DNA from: a virus
Taxonomy: Duplodnaviria; Heunggongvirae; Uroviricota; Caudoviricetes
Length of the DNA stretch: 38,146 nucleotides
Virus record (IMG/VR): IMGVR_UViG_2695420714_000020
Strand: one strand, 5' to 3'
Shown here one piece after another: positions 1-9,070 of the stretch. The notes under the pieces are model-generated. The model saw nothing but the letters and a program-made list of their open reading frames with translations. It was not told where the DNA came from and did no database searches. The position numbers were made by a program, and so were the translations under genes. Positions within the stretch are counted from its first letter, which is position 1. Every line of letters begins with the position of its first letter.

Positions 1-1053
1 TTACGGGGTAATGCCAACCGCTGCCGCCACTTTGTCGCCACTTGGCAGCGTTGCCAGAGGATTGAAACGGAGCGCCGTTTCCAGATGATCCGGTGCCAGA
101 TGAGCGTAACGCATAGTCATTTTTATATCGTGATGTCCGAGGATTTTTTGCAAAGCAAGGATATTTCCACCCGACATCATGAAATGCGCCGCAAACGTAT
201 GGCGCAGAACGTGTGTCAGTTGACCGCGAGGGAGCACGATTGACGTTTTTTCCATCACGGATAAAAATTGAAAATAGCAGTCTGTGAAGAAATTGAACCC
301 ATCAAGCGCCATGATCTCTTCATAAAGCTCTTTACTGATAGGGATGCTTCTGTTTTTCTTCCCCTTCGTTCTTACAAAGGTAATTCGGTATTTAGTCACC
401 TGTGATCGGGTAAGGTTTATTGCTTCTCGCCAGCGTGCGCCTGTGCTTAAGCATATCTTGACTACCAGTGCCAGAATTGGGTCCTGACGTTTGCAATCAG
501 CCAGCAGTTCAACAATCTGCTCATGGGTAAGCCATGCCATCTCTTTTTCTGCGATGGTGAATTTTCGCATGTTCTCCAGTGGGTTTGGATACGACCATTC
601 GCCCAGGCGGGATAGTTCGCTAAAAACACTACTTAGATAGCTTTGCTCCAGGTTAATGGTGACCGGGCTTGCTCCTTTCTTCCATTTCTCGCTGAAGTAG
701 ATCTCACCTGTCAGGCGTTTATCTCGATAGTGGGCAAACATTTTAGAGGTGAGATCGGTTGCAAGGGGATTGCCCAGAGCGTCAACCATCAACAGCAATT
801 TATCATAGACATGCTGCCCAGCGGTTAGAGATTTACCATGTAGTTTGAACCATAGCTCAACCACGTCTTTCAGTGTTCGACGATCCACTGATTCTCCCAG
901 CCAGGGCTTTGCTTCGGTTTCTTCCATCGTATGGCGCTCAAAAGCCAGAGCTTCGCCTTTGGTGGCGAATTGTTTACGCACACGACGCCCACTACGTCCG
1001 GCGGGGTAACATTCGCAAAGCCATTTTCCTGTGGTGAGTTTTCGTACTGCCAT
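1..1053 (-). CDS. int: Tyrosine integrase (P2/186-like site-specific recombinase)
   Basis: ORF 1..1131 on the minus strand; likely true start is MAVRKLTTGKW (ATG at 1053). C-terminal catalytic region HVLRHTFAAHFMMSGG...HHDIKMTMRYAHL fits the tyrosine recombinase R..HxxR..Y signature. Stop codon at 1..3. Confidence 0.9.
   Translation of the reverse strand: MAVRKLTTGKWLCECYPAGRSGRRVRKQFATKGEALAFERHTMEETEAKPWLGESVDRRTLKDVVELWFKLHGKSLTAGQHVYDKLLLMVDALGNPLATDLTSKMFAHYRDKRLTGEIYFSEKWKKGASPVTINLEQSYLSSVFSELSRLGEWSYPNPLENMRKFTIAEKEMAWLTHEQIVELLADCKRQDPILALVVKICLSTGARWREAINLTRSQVTKYRITFVRTKGKKNRSIPISKELYEEIMALDGFNFFTDCYFQFLSVMEKTSIVLPRGQLTHVLRHTFAAHFMMSGGNILALQKILGHHDIKMTMRYAHLAPDHLETALRFNPLATLPSGDKVAAAVGITP
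19..40. repeat. attL core: left copy of 22-bp direct repeat CGCTGCCGCCACTTTGTCGCCA
   Basis: Same 22-mer with one mismatch (C/T at position 12) recurs at 35292..35313, just after ogr. The left copy lies inside the last codons of int, as expected for an att core next to the integrase 3' end. Confidence 0.6.
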
Positions 1054-1239
1054 AAAAAATGCCCTCCAATAGAGAGCATTTTTACTGTGTGTATAACCAG
1101 TGTCAATGTATGAAATCCTGCGACCATACATCTCACTGAAGCCATAATGAAGTTGGCTATTTTTTGCTATGTGAGTATGTGACTTTTGCGGTTAGCCTGC
1201 GGCTCATTGTTATATTAGGCGCAGATATAAAAGCAAAAT

Positions 1240-1431
1240 TTATCGCGAGTTTTTAGTACAGATTTTTTTTGATTTACTAATAGTTCCATCATTGCAAACG
1301 AACTTTCCATCGGAGGTACAGTGAGAGACACCTCCCTTTTTCCCAGAACAAGGATAATTTTTAGCATAGGTAGTTAGTGGGTTTAATAACAAAGAGCATG
1401 ATAAAACCACAAAAAATACCTTACCAAGCAT
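1240..1431 (-). CDS. Small secreted or lipoprotein-like cysteine-containing protein, 63 aa (moron)
   Basis: N-terminal hydrophobic signal-like segment [23 protein letters not shown] followed by a Cys/Lys/Gly-rich mature part. AT-rich, between int and the repressor. Confidence 0.4.
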   Translation of the reverse strand: MLGKVFFVVLSCSLLLNPLTTYAKNYPCSGKKGGVSHCTSDGKFVCNDGTISKSKKICTKNSR

Positions 1432-1446
1432 AGTTTCCTCCCGGTA

Positions 1447-2022
1447 TTACCTAACGTACTTAATTGTTAAACTTATAATTTTCCCAATTATTTCAACATC
1501 TTCTATCTTGCACTCGAAGGCTCTGTTTCCACCTTCAACGAAGATTCTTCCACCGGGTAAACGAGTAATGTCGCGGATTGTTATTTCGCCATCAATACTT
1601 ATTACCCATTTACCGTCACGTATATCATCAAATTCTTTATCACAAATAAATTCAGAATTGTTATCTGTGATGACAAAAGGTTTTTTAAACGTAGAGGGTA
1701 GAAATCCCTTATCAAAAATATAAAAACCGTCTTCACGCAAGGCACCATCAGATAATACATATTTAGCAACTTCCATAGTATTTGTATTACCTGAAGTTTG
1801 CTTTGAACCATGTCCGGTTGTGAGCCAATTAAGCGAGGTGCCCGTTTCAAGGGCGCACTGGATTACCCATTCTGCTGGGAATGAGTCACGCATGTAGCGT
1901 GTGGCGAGTGTACTTTTAGAGATTCCTAAATGATCGCACAACGCCTGTCGAGTTTTGAATCCATAAGCTTCTACCATGCGCTCTATAGCGCCTCGTCCGC
2001 CTTTCTCCAAATTCATGGTCAC
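1447..2022 (-). CDS. cI: CI-type immunity repressor (phage 186 CI-like, two-domain)
   Basis: 191 aa, N-terminal helix-turn-helix-like region (QALCDHLGISKSTLATRYMRD), leftward next to int and divergent from the early lytic operon. Size and layout match 186 CI rather than the ~99-aa P2 C. Confidence 0.75.
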   Translation of the reverse strand: MTMNLEKGGRGAIERMVEAYGFKTRQALCDHLGISKSTLATRYMRDSFPAEWVIQCALETGTSLNWLTTGHGSKQTSGNTNTMEVAKYVLSDGALREDGFYIFDKGFLPSTFKKPFVITDNNSEFICDKEFDDIRDGKWVISIDGEITIRDITRLPGGRIFVEGGNRAFECKIEDVEIIGKIISLTIKYVR

Positions 2023-2040
2023 TCCAAGTGAACTTTTATC

Positions 2041-2069
2041 TTGACGATTTCACTGTGCGATCGTATGTT
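2041..2069 (+). promoter_or_regulatory. Candidate early lytic promoter pR (TTGACG-N17-TATGTT), flanked by GTGAAC/GTTCAC inverted half-sites
   Basis: Sigma70-like -35/-10 with 17-bp spacer in the cI/apl intergenic region. GTGAAC (2028..2033) and GTTCAC (2076..2081) flank it; TTCAC recurs at 2049..2053. Confidence 0.4.
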
Positions 2070-2141
2070 TATGGTGTTCACAAAATACAAACGATCCGTA
2101 TTCGTCCTGATTAATCATCATTAAACGAGGAATGTTGCATC

Positions 2142-2363
2142 ATGAGACCTAACATTTCAATCACTCTTACCACGCCTCATGTGACTATTGAACGCTATAG
2201 CGAGCTGACAGGGCTGTCCATCGATACCATCAATGACATGTTGGCTGACGGACGCCTTATCCGTCACCGTCTGCGCAAAGATAAAAAACGTGAAAAAGTG
2301 ATGATCAACATAGCAGCCATGACCGTTGATGCGCTTTCAGAATGCAATCTAAACCTTAATTAG
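2142..2363 (+). CDS. apl: Apl/Cox-like excisionase and transcriptional regulator (first gene of early lytic operon)
   Basis: 73-aa basic protein at the position of 186 apl / P2 cox; ATG preceded by ACGAGG ribosome-binding site. Confidence 0.55.
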   Translation: MRPNISITLTTPHVTIERYSELTGLSIDTINDMLADGRLIRHRLRKDKKREKVMINIAAMTVDALSECNLNLN

Positions 2364-2395
2364 TTCGATTCTGAAATACATCAGAGGCATTGACC

Positions 2396-2905
2396 ATGTT
2401 TGATTACCAAGTTTCCAAACATCCACATTTTGATGAAGCCTGTCGTGCATTCGCATTGCGCCACAACCTAGTGCAACTGGCAGAACGTGCAGGCATGAAT
2501 GTGCAGATTCTGCGGAACAAGCTGAACCCAGCTCAACCTCATTTATTAACCGCACCAGAAATCTGGTTGCTTACCGATCTGACTGAAGATTCAACGCTGG
2601 TAGATGGCTTTCTGGCACAGATTCACTGCCTGCCATGTGTACCGATTAATGAGGTGGCAAAAGAGAAACTGCCGCATTACGTCATGAGTGCAACTGCAGA
2701 GATAGGGCGTGTCGCGGCAGGTGCGGTTTCTGGCGATGTAAAAACCAGTGCAGGCCGTCGTGATGCGATCAGCAGCATTAACTCTGTTACACGACTGATG
2801 GCGCTGGCTGCTGTTTCATTGCAGGCCCGTTTACAGGCTAATCCTGCGATGGCGAGTGCAGTTGATACCGTGACTGGCCTCGGTGCTTCATTCGGTTTGC
2901 TGTGA
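2396..2905 (+). CDS. cII: CII-like lysogeny establishment regulator (186 CII-like)
   Basis: About 169 aa from ATG 2396 (the ORF track start at 2390 is TTG). Position directly after apl; size matches 186 CII. Confidence 0.55.
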   Translation: MFDYQVSKHPHFDEACRAFALRHNLVQLAERAGMNVQILRNKLNPAQPHLLTAPEIWLLTDLTEDSTLVDGFLAQIHCLPCVPINEVAKEKLPHYVMSATAEIGRVAAGAVSGDVKTSAGRRDAISSINSVTRLMALAAVSLQARLQANPAMASAVDTVTGLGASFGLL

Positions 2906-2912
2906 GGTGCTT

Positions 2913-3113
2913 ATGCTGACGAAAGAACCATCATTTGCATCGCTGCTGGTAAAACAAAGTCCGGCAATGCACTACGGTCACGGCTGGATCATGGGTGAGG
3001 ATGGTAAACGCTGGCATCCGTGCCGTTCACAAGATGAATTGCTGGCAGAACTATCTACGAAAAAACGGGGGAACAAATGGCTATTGAAGGCGCTGCGGCG
3101 ACTGTTCCATTAA
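2913..3113 (+). CDS. Hypothetical early protein (66 aa from ATG 2913)
   Basis: ORF in the early operon overlapping neighbours; no recognisable motif. Occupies the position of 186 fil/dhr-class genes. Confidence 0.4.
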   Translation: MLTKEPSFASLLVKQSPAMHYGHGWIMGEDGKRWHPCRSQDELLAELSTKKRGNKWLLKALRRLFH

Positions 3114-3418
3114 GACCCGGTGAACGCCTGAATGGACTTAATCATATTGCGGAGTTAAGGGCGAAAGTTTTTGGTTTGAATATTGAGTCAGAGCTTGAGC
3201 GGTTTATTAAAGATATGCGTGATCCTCGGGATATCAATAATGAACAAAATAAACGGGCACTGGCTGCCATATTCTTTATGGCAAAAATTCCAGCTGAACG
3301 TCATTGCATCAGCATTAATGAGCTGACCACTGACGAAAAGCGGGAGTTGATTAAAGCAATGAATCATTTTCGTGCAGTGGTGAGCTTATTTCCCAGACGG
3401 CTAACCATGCCGAATTAA
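3077..3418 (+). CDS. Hypothetical early protein (113 aa)
   Basis: ATG start overlapping the previous ORF; co-oriented in the early operon. Confidence 0.45.
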   Translation: MAIEGAAATVPLRPGERLNGLNHIAELRAKVFGLNIESELERFIKDMRDPRDINNEQNKRALAAIFFMAKIPAERHCISINELTTDEKRELIKAMNHFRAVVSLFPRRLTMPN

Positions 3419-3485
3419 CCAACTAATGAAATTAATGGCGTAAACCCGCCGGGCATCCCTTTATCTAAATTCAGGAGAATTGCTT

Positions 3486-3719
3486 ATGCGTAATATTGAA
3501 ACCCTCACGACCAAAACCGGACCGGATGATGCAGGTCTTAATCTTTTACTGACAGAGGCTCGTCTGGAAGAACGCCGGGCAAGGGCTGAAGCAATGGCTG
3601 CTCGCCTCGATAGCCTGGCGTGTCATATCACCTCCCGCCAGCTAAACCACGTCGAAGCGGCAGAACTGCTGCGTGTGACTGCTGAAGCAATCCAGAACGA
3701 AGCGCAGGAGATCCACTGA
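3486..3719 (+). CDS. Hypothetical early protein (77 aa from ATG 3486)
   Basis: AGGAG ribosome-binding site at 3473..3477; Ala/Arg-rich helical-looking protein; its stop overlaps the next start. Confidence 0.45.
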   Translation: MRNIETLTTKTGPDDAGLNLLLTEARLEERRARAEAMAARLDSLACHITSRQLNHVEAAELLRVTAEAIQNEAQEIH

Positions 3720-3946
3720 TGGCTGATGCAATGGATCTCGTACAGCAGCGCGTTGAAGAAGAACGCCAACGCCATATCCGTGCTGCCCGTGCCAAAACGC
3801 CGGGCGTGTCCCGCGTGCTTTGCGTTGAGTGTGAAGCGCCAATTCCGCCAGCACGCCGCCGTGCCATTCCGGGTGTGCAGCTTTGCATTACCTGTCAGGA
3901 AATCGCAGAGCTGAAAGGCAAACATTACAACGGAGGTGCTGTATGA
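3719..3946 (+). CDS. TraR/DksA-family C4 zinc-finger protein
   Basis: 75 aa with CVECEAPIPPARRRAIPGVQLCITCQ (CxxC-N17-CxxC), typical of phage TraR/DksA-like zinc fingers. Its 3' end overlaps the dam start. Confidence 0.7.
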   Translation: MADAMDLVQQRVEEERQRHIRAARAKTPGVSRVLCVECEAPIPPARRRAIPGVQLCITCQEIAELKGKHYNGGAV

Positions 3947-4797
3947 GCACCATCCTGAAATGGGCAGGAAATAAAACCGCCATAATGTCCGAACTGAAAA
4001 AGCATCTTCCTGCTGGCCCGCGACTGGTTGAACCTTTCGCGGGTTCCTGTGCAGTGATGATGGAGACGGATTATCCCAGCTATCTTGTTGCGGATATTAA
4101 TCCTGATTTAATCAACCTCTATAAAAAGGTTGCTGCTGATTGTGAGGCGTTTATATCTCGTGCCAGAGCTTTATTTGAGGAAGCAAACAGGGAGGTGGCT
4201 TATTACAACATAAGGCAGGAGTTTAATTACTCCACTGAAATTACTGATTTCATGAAAGCGGTATATTTCCTGTATCTCAATCGTCACGGTTACCGTGGTT
4301 TATGTCGCTATAACAAGAGCGGGCATTTCAACATTCCCTACGGTAATTATAAAAATCCGTATTTCCCTGAAAAAGAAATTCGCGCATTTGCAGAGAAAGC
4401 CCAGCGGGCAACGTTTATCTGCGCCAGCTTTGATGAAACGCTGGCGATGTTGAAGGTGGGGGATGTGGTGTATTGCGATCCGCCTTATGACGGTACGTTT
4501 TCCGGCTATCACACTGATGGTTTCACTGAAGATGATCAGTATCACCTGGCATCCATTCTTGAACATCGGTCATCAGAAGGACATCCGGTCATTGTTTCTA
4601 ACAGTAACACGTCTTTGACCCGGTCCCTTTATCGTAATTTCACTCACCACTACATCAGGGCGAAACGCAGCATCGGCGTTGCAGCGGGGGAGGGAAAATT
4701 TGCAACAGAGATGATTGCCACTAAATCTGCTAATTGGTTTAGTGCCGATTTTAGTAGGGGACGTGACTCTACTGTTATTTTCGGGGTGCAAGTGTGA
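3943..4797 (+). CDS. dam: DNA N6-adenine methyltransferase (Dam/D12 class)
   Basis: Start [11 protein letters not shown] at ATG 3943 (in frame with ORF-track start 3883). Motif I PFAGSCAV and motif IV DPPY present. Confidence 0.85.
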   Translation: MSTILKWAGNKTAIMSELKKHLPAGPRLVEPFAGSCAVMMETDYPSYLVADINPDLINLYKKVAADCEAFISRARALFEEANREVAYYNIRQEFNYSTEITDFMKAVYFLYLNRHGYRGLCRYNKSGHFNIPYGNYKNPYFPEKEIRAFAEKAQRATFICASFDETLAMLKVGDVVYCDPPYDGTFSGYHTDGFTEDDQYHLASILEHRSSEGHPVIVSNSNTSLTRSLYRNFTHHYIRAKRSIGVAAGEGKFATEMIATKSANWFSADFSRGRDSTVIFGVQV

Positions 4798-4802
4798 AAG
4801 AA

Positions 4803-5624
4803 ATGCACCACGGAATTCATCATTTCCATGGGACGCCTGTCTGGGGAAGTGCTGGCGACGTTCATCGTATTGCGGTGAGCGGAGCTGGCGCTTTCGTCTC
4901 CTATGTACGGCCAGATCAGATTGCGGCGTCCATTCAGCACGCTCAGGTCGTCGGCATTGATAACGGCGCATTTTCTGCATGGGTGCGTGGGCTAAAAATT
5001 AACTGGAGTGATTTTTATAAATGGCTCCTGAACTATTACCACCATCCTAAGGTCGCTTTTTTTGTCATTCCTGATGTTGTGGACGGAGGTGAACGTGACA
5101 ATGATGCCCTGATAAACGAAGTTCCGAAAATGTTCTACGGGAAGGCAACTCCCGTCTGGCATCTGCACGAGTCAATCGATCGGCTTATCGAGCTATGTCG
5201 TGAATGGCCTCGTGTCTGCTTTGGATCTTCTGGTGAATATGCGGCTATCAGAACTGCGCACTGGCATCGTCGTATGCAGGACGCTTTTGAAGCAATTTAT
5301 TGCCGACACAATTTCAAAACAGCTGTTCATGGTTTGCGCATGCTTGACGGTCGTGTGTTGGGAAATTACCCACTGGCGACTGCCGACAGTACAAATCTTG
5401 CCTGCAATGTCCCCAAATTTAATAGCAAATATCCTGAGCTGACGCGGGCTATTCAGGAGGCTGAGTATTCGCGCAATCTGACGGAAAAGGAGCTGAAAGC
5501 TGTCATTCTGAAAAACCGTTGCGCAATTTTAAAAGGTGCAATTGAAGCTGTTCGCCCACCTTCAGTTTCTGATTGGCTGTCGAATGGTTTGCAGCCTTCA
5601 CAGCTCGAACTGGAGATTGCGTAA
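4803..5624 (+). CDS. Conserved hypothetical protein coupled to dam and gpA; possible TGT/DpdA-like fold (unverified)
   Basis: GTG 4794 overlaps the dam stop (GTGA); first ATG at 4803; its stop TAA overlaps the gpA ATG (TAATG). Motifs IDNGAF and [11 protein letters not shown] resemble, from memory, the DSGGF and FDE regions of tRNA-guanine transglycosylases; no zinc-binding Cys cluster. Confidence 0.5.
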   Translation: MHHGIHHFHGTPVWGSAGDVHRIAVSGAGAFVSYVRPDQIAASIQHAQVVGIDNGAFSAWVRGLKINWSDFYKWLLNYYHHPKVAFFVIPDVVDGGERDNDALINEVPKMFYGKATPVWHLHESIDRLIELCREWPRVCFGSSGEYAAIRTAHWHRRMQDAFEAIYCRHNFKTAVHGLRMLDGRVLGNYPLATADSTNLACNVPKFNSKYPELTRAIQEAEYSRNLTEKELKAVILKNRCAILKGAIEAVRPPSVSDWLSNGLQPSQLELEIA

Positions 5625-7996
5625 TGAACTACAGCTATTCCTGGAATGCTGAGAAAAAAGCAATCAATCCTTACGTAGAGACAGAAGAGCAATCTTCAGT
5701 TTCTGCGCTTTCAAACCTGATCGCTCTGTACGCTGCCGATAACGAGCAGGAACAGCTGCGCCGCGAGGCACTGAGTGATCAGGTCTGGGAGCGTTATTTC
5801 TTTAATGAATCCCGTGATCCTGTCCAGCGCGAAATGGAGCAGGATAAGCTCATTAGTCGGGCAAAGCTGGCGCATGAGCAGCAGCGTTTTAATCCAGATA
5901 TGGTCATTCTGGCGGACGTCAATGCCCAGCCTTCCCATATCAGCAAGCCGCTGATGCAACGTATTGAATACTTCAGCAGCCTGGGCAGGCCAAAGGCTTA
6001 TTCCCGCTATTTGCGTGAGACGATTAAGCCATGTCTGGAACGGCTGGAGCATGTACGCGACTGTCAGCTATCCACTTCTTTTCGCTTTATGGCAAGCCAT
6101 GAAGGGCTGGACGGCCTGCTGATCCTGCCTGAAATGAGTCAGGATCAGGTGAAACGCCTGTCCACCCTGGTAGCTGCGCATATGAGCATGTGCCTTGATG
6201 CAGCTTGTGGCGATTTGTATGTCACCGATGACGTTAAGCCAGAAGAAATCCGCAAAACATGGGAAAAGGTGGCAGCGGAAACCCTGCATCTGGATGTCAT
6301 CCCGCCTGCGTTTGAGCAACTCCGCCGGAAAAGAAACCGCCGTAAACCCGTGCCCTATGAACTCATTCCGGGTTCGCTGGCGCGTATGTTGTGCGCTGAC
6401 TGGTGGTACCGGAAATTATGGAAGATGCGTTGCGAATGGCGGGAAGAGCAGTTGCGTGCTGTCTGCCTGGTCAGCAAAAAAGCATCTCCCTATGTCAGCT
6501 ATGAAGCCGTGATGCATAAACGTGAGCAGCGCCGTAAGTCGCTGGAGTTTTTTCGTTCTCATGAACTGGTGAACGAAGACGGCGACACGCTGGACATGGA
6601 GGATGTGGTAAACGCCAGCAGCAGCAACCCTGCGCATCGCCGCAATGAGATGATGGCCTGTGTTAAAGGCCTGGAGCTTATCGCGGAAATGCGCGGTGAC
6701 TGCGCCGTTTTCTACACCATCACCTGTCCGTCACGTTTCCATTCCACGCTAAATAATGGCAGGCCCAACCCAACTTGGACAAATGCGACGGTAAGACAAA
6801 GCAGTGATTATCTGGTCGGCATGTTTGCTGCATTTCGTAAGGCGATGCACAAAGCCGGATTGCGGTGGTATGGCGTGCGGGTGGCTGAGCCGCATCATGA
6901 CGGTACAGTTCACTGGCACCTGTTGTGTTTTATGCGCAAAAAAGACCGCCGCGCCATCACTGCATTACTGCGTAAGTTTGCCATCCGTGAAGACCGCGAG
7001 GAACTGGGCAATAACACTGGGCCGCGCTTTAAGTCTGAGTTGATTAACCCGCGCAAAGGTACGCCAACAAGCTACATCGCGAAATACATCAGTAAGAACA
7101 TTGACGGGCGTGGTCTGGCTGGCGAGATCAGCAAGGAAACGGGGAAATCCCTGCGTGATAATGCTGAATACGTTAATGCCTGGGCGTCTCTGCATCGTGT
7201 TCAGCAATTCCGCTTCTTTGGCATTCCGGGGCGTCAGGCTTACCGTGAACTGCGATTGCTGGCTGGTCAGGCGGCAAGGCAACAGGGGGACAAAAAAGCA
7301 GGTGCGCGGGTACTGGATAACCCGCGCCTTGATGCCATCCTGGCTGCTGCTGATGCTGGTTGTTTTGCTACCTACATCATGAAGCAGGGCGGCGTACTGG
7401 TTCCCCGCAAATATCACCTCATCAGAACCGCTTATGAAATCAACGAAGAGCCGACCGCCTATGGCGATCACGGCATTCGTATTTATGGCATCTGGTCACC
7501 TATTGCAGAGGGCAAGATCTGCACTCATGCCGTGAAGTGGAAAATGGTTCGTAAGGCCGTTGATGTTCAGGAGGCGGCAGCCGACCAGGGCGCTTGCGCC
7601 CCTTGGACTCGTGGCAATAACTGTCCCCTTGCTGAAAATTTGAACCAACAGGAGAAAGATAAATCAGCTGATGGGGACCCCAGAACGGACATTACCAGCA
7701 TGGATGACAAGGAGTTGCACGATTACCTGCACAGTATGAACAAAAAAGAGCGCCGGGAACTGGCTGCAAGGGTACGCCTGGTGAAACCGAAACGGCGTAA
7801 AGACTACAAACAGCGAATTACAGACCATCAGAGACTGCAGCTCGTCTATGAGCTGAAGTCCAGAGGATTTGATGGTAGCGAGAAAGAGGTCGATTTACTC
7901 CTTCGCGGCGGCAGTATTCCGTCAGGAGCAGGCCTGCGTATCTTCTATCGGAACCAGCGTTTGCAAGAAGATGATCAGTGGCGGAACCTGTATTAA
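5624..7996 (+). CDS. A: Replication initiation endonuclease gpA (rolling-circle nickase)
   Basis: 790 aa from ATG 5624; P2 A-like size and position, with central region [11 protein letters not shown]...[12 protein letters not shown]. Start overlaps the stop of the upstream gene. Confidence 0.85.
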   Translation: MNYSYSWNAEKKAINPYVETEEQSSVSALSNLIALYAADNEQEQLRREALSDQVWERYFFNESRDPVQREMEQDKLISRAKLAHEQQRFNPDMVILADVNAQPSHISKPLMQRIEYFSSLGRPKAYSRYLRETIKPCLERLEHVRDCQLSTSFRFMASHEGLDGLLILPEMSQDQVKRLSTLVAAHMSMCLDAACGDLYVTDDVKPEEIRKTWEKVAAETLHLDVIPPAFEQLRRKRNRRKPVPYELIPGSLARMLCADWWYRKLWKMRCEWREEQLRAVCLVSKKASPYVSYEAVMHKREQRRKSLEFFRSHELVNEDGDTLDMEDVVNASSSNPAHRRNEMMACVKGLELIAEMRGDCAVFYTITCPSRFHSTLNNGRPNPTWTNATVRQSSDYLVGMFAAFRKAMHKAGLRWYGVRVAEPHHDGTVHWHLLCFMRKKDRRAITALLRKFAIREDREELGNNTGPRFKSELINPRKGTPTSYIAKYISKNIDGRGLAGEISKETGKSLRDNAEYVNAWASLHRVQQFRFFGIPGRQAYRELRLLAGQAARQQGDKKAGARVLDNPRLDAILAAADAGCFATYIMKQGGVLVPRKYHLIRTAYEINEEPTAYGDHGIRIYGIWSPIAEGKICTHAVKWKMVRKAVDVQEAAADQGACAPWTRGNNCPLAENLNQQEKDKSADGDPRTDITSMDDKELHDYLHSMNKKERRELAARVRLVKPKRRKDYKQRITDHQRLQLVYELKSRGFDGSEKEVDLLLRGGSIPSGAGLRIFYRNQRLQEDDQWRNLY

Positions 7997-8090
7997 TTTC
8001 GCGGGTTAACAATTCGTGCTCTTAATAATACCAGGCATATCAGGCTGATGAACGTAAAAAAACGTTTTACATCAGTAAGATTATTATATA

Positions 8091-8106
8091 CTGTAAATAT
8101 AAACAG
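8091..8106. promoter_or_regulatory. LexA (SOS) box CTGTAAATATAAACAG
   Basis: Perfect CTGT-N8-ACAG palindrome 45 bp upstream of the 8151 start, overlapping a candidate -10 (TATACT 8087..8092). Confidence 0.7.
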
Positions 8107-8150
8107 TAGTTATACATACAGTATTGCGTGTGGTGTCATAGGAGGAAAGA

Positions 8151-8338
8151 TGCAGGACTATTTTTTGGAGTCTTTGAAGCTCCAGCGCATTGATTTTTTT
8201 CTTAAGCTTGTAGCGGCTAGTGAGTGTAGTGATGAAGAGAAGGGGCTGGCTCTGCAGTGGGTTTCTGAATTGACTGATGAACTCATGGCAAAAATCAGAA
8301 CCCACGAATACAACCGCTCAATGGATGTCATCAGCTGA
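8151..8338 (+). CDS. SOS-inducible small protein, candidate Tum-like antirepressor (62 aa)
   Basis: Strong ribosome-binding site AGGAGG before ATG 8151; downstream of the LexA box; located after gpA as tum is in 186. The ORF-track N-terminal extension (8048) would cover the promoter, so the shorter start is used. Confidence 0.5.
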
Positions 8339-8348
8339 GGTGACTTTT

Positions 8349-8582
8349 ATGCGCATTGAAATAATGATCGATAAAGAGCAGAAGATTAGCCAGTCTACCC
8401 TGGACGCCCTTGAATCCGAGCTTTACCGCAATCTGCGCCCCCTGTATCCCAAAACGGTAATTCGTATCCGTAAAGGTAGCTCTAACGGTGTGGAACTGAC
8501 CGGACTGCAACTGGATGAAGAAAGAAAACAAGTGATGAAAATTATGCAGAAGGTGTGGGAAGACGACAGCTGGCTGCATTAA
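8349..8582 (+). CDS. DinI-family protein (77 aa)
   Basis: MRIEIMIDKEQ...ALESELYRNL...GLQLDEERKQVMKIMQKVWEDDSWL parallels E. coli DinI (MRIEVTIAK...ETWESADDW) in length and motif order. Second gene of the LexA-boxed operon. Confidence 0.7.
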   Translation: MRIEIMIDKEQKISQSTLDALESELYRNLRPLYPKTVIRIRKGSSNGVELTGLQLDEERKQVMKIMQKVWEDDSWLH

Positions 8583-8591
8583 GAAACGTTG

Positions 8592-8619
8592 CCCCCAAGA
8601 GGATTTATCCTGTTGGGGG
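8592..8619 (+). terminator. GC-rich hairpin after the tum/dinI-like operon (CCCCCAAGAGGAT-TT-ATCCTGTTGGGGG)
   Basis: 12 of 13 bp stem immediately after the stop at 8582; weak T-tract afterwards (GAGTTTGGG). Confidence 0.4.
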
Positions 8620-9070
8620 GAGTTTGGGCAACGAGTGAAATGAGGTGTAAGGTGGGCGGTCATTTTGATAAGTGATCGTCCACTTTGTGTCAGAACCTGA
8701 TGTTTGTTGTACATTCGGACGAATAGGCGGCGTTGTTTGCTTTAAAAATAAAACAGGAACACTTTGAGAAAGTGAACAGGTGTATTTATTTGTTGCTGAT
8801 GAATGAGAGTAACTCTAATTTGGATAATTAGCTTGATAATAGGTCAGACGAAAATAATATTCCAGCACACTTTTGGTCGCAACAGGCATTAGTTAATTTT
8901 AAGTGATAAATTTTTATCCATAAATTAACACTAGTGTGTCATCTAGCGAAACCGAATCGCTTTAACTCATAACTTGAAGTTGAATCAGTGGGGTAGCAGT
9001 AGGCATGCCGGAACTGATAAACTGTGCAGAAGGCTAAACATTCATTCACTCGTGAGATAGTAGCTAAATT

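Noticed and set aside
3883-3942. Upstream extension of dam (ORF-track start 3883)
   Set aside because: Recognisable Dam-like sequence begins at ATG 3943; the extension is the out-of-frame overlap with the TraR-like gene.
8048-8150. N-terminal extension of the tum-like ORF as given in the ORF track (start at 8048)
   Set aside because: It would translate through the LexA box and promoter; the strong AGGAGG ribosome-binding site before ATG 8151 supports the shorter protein.
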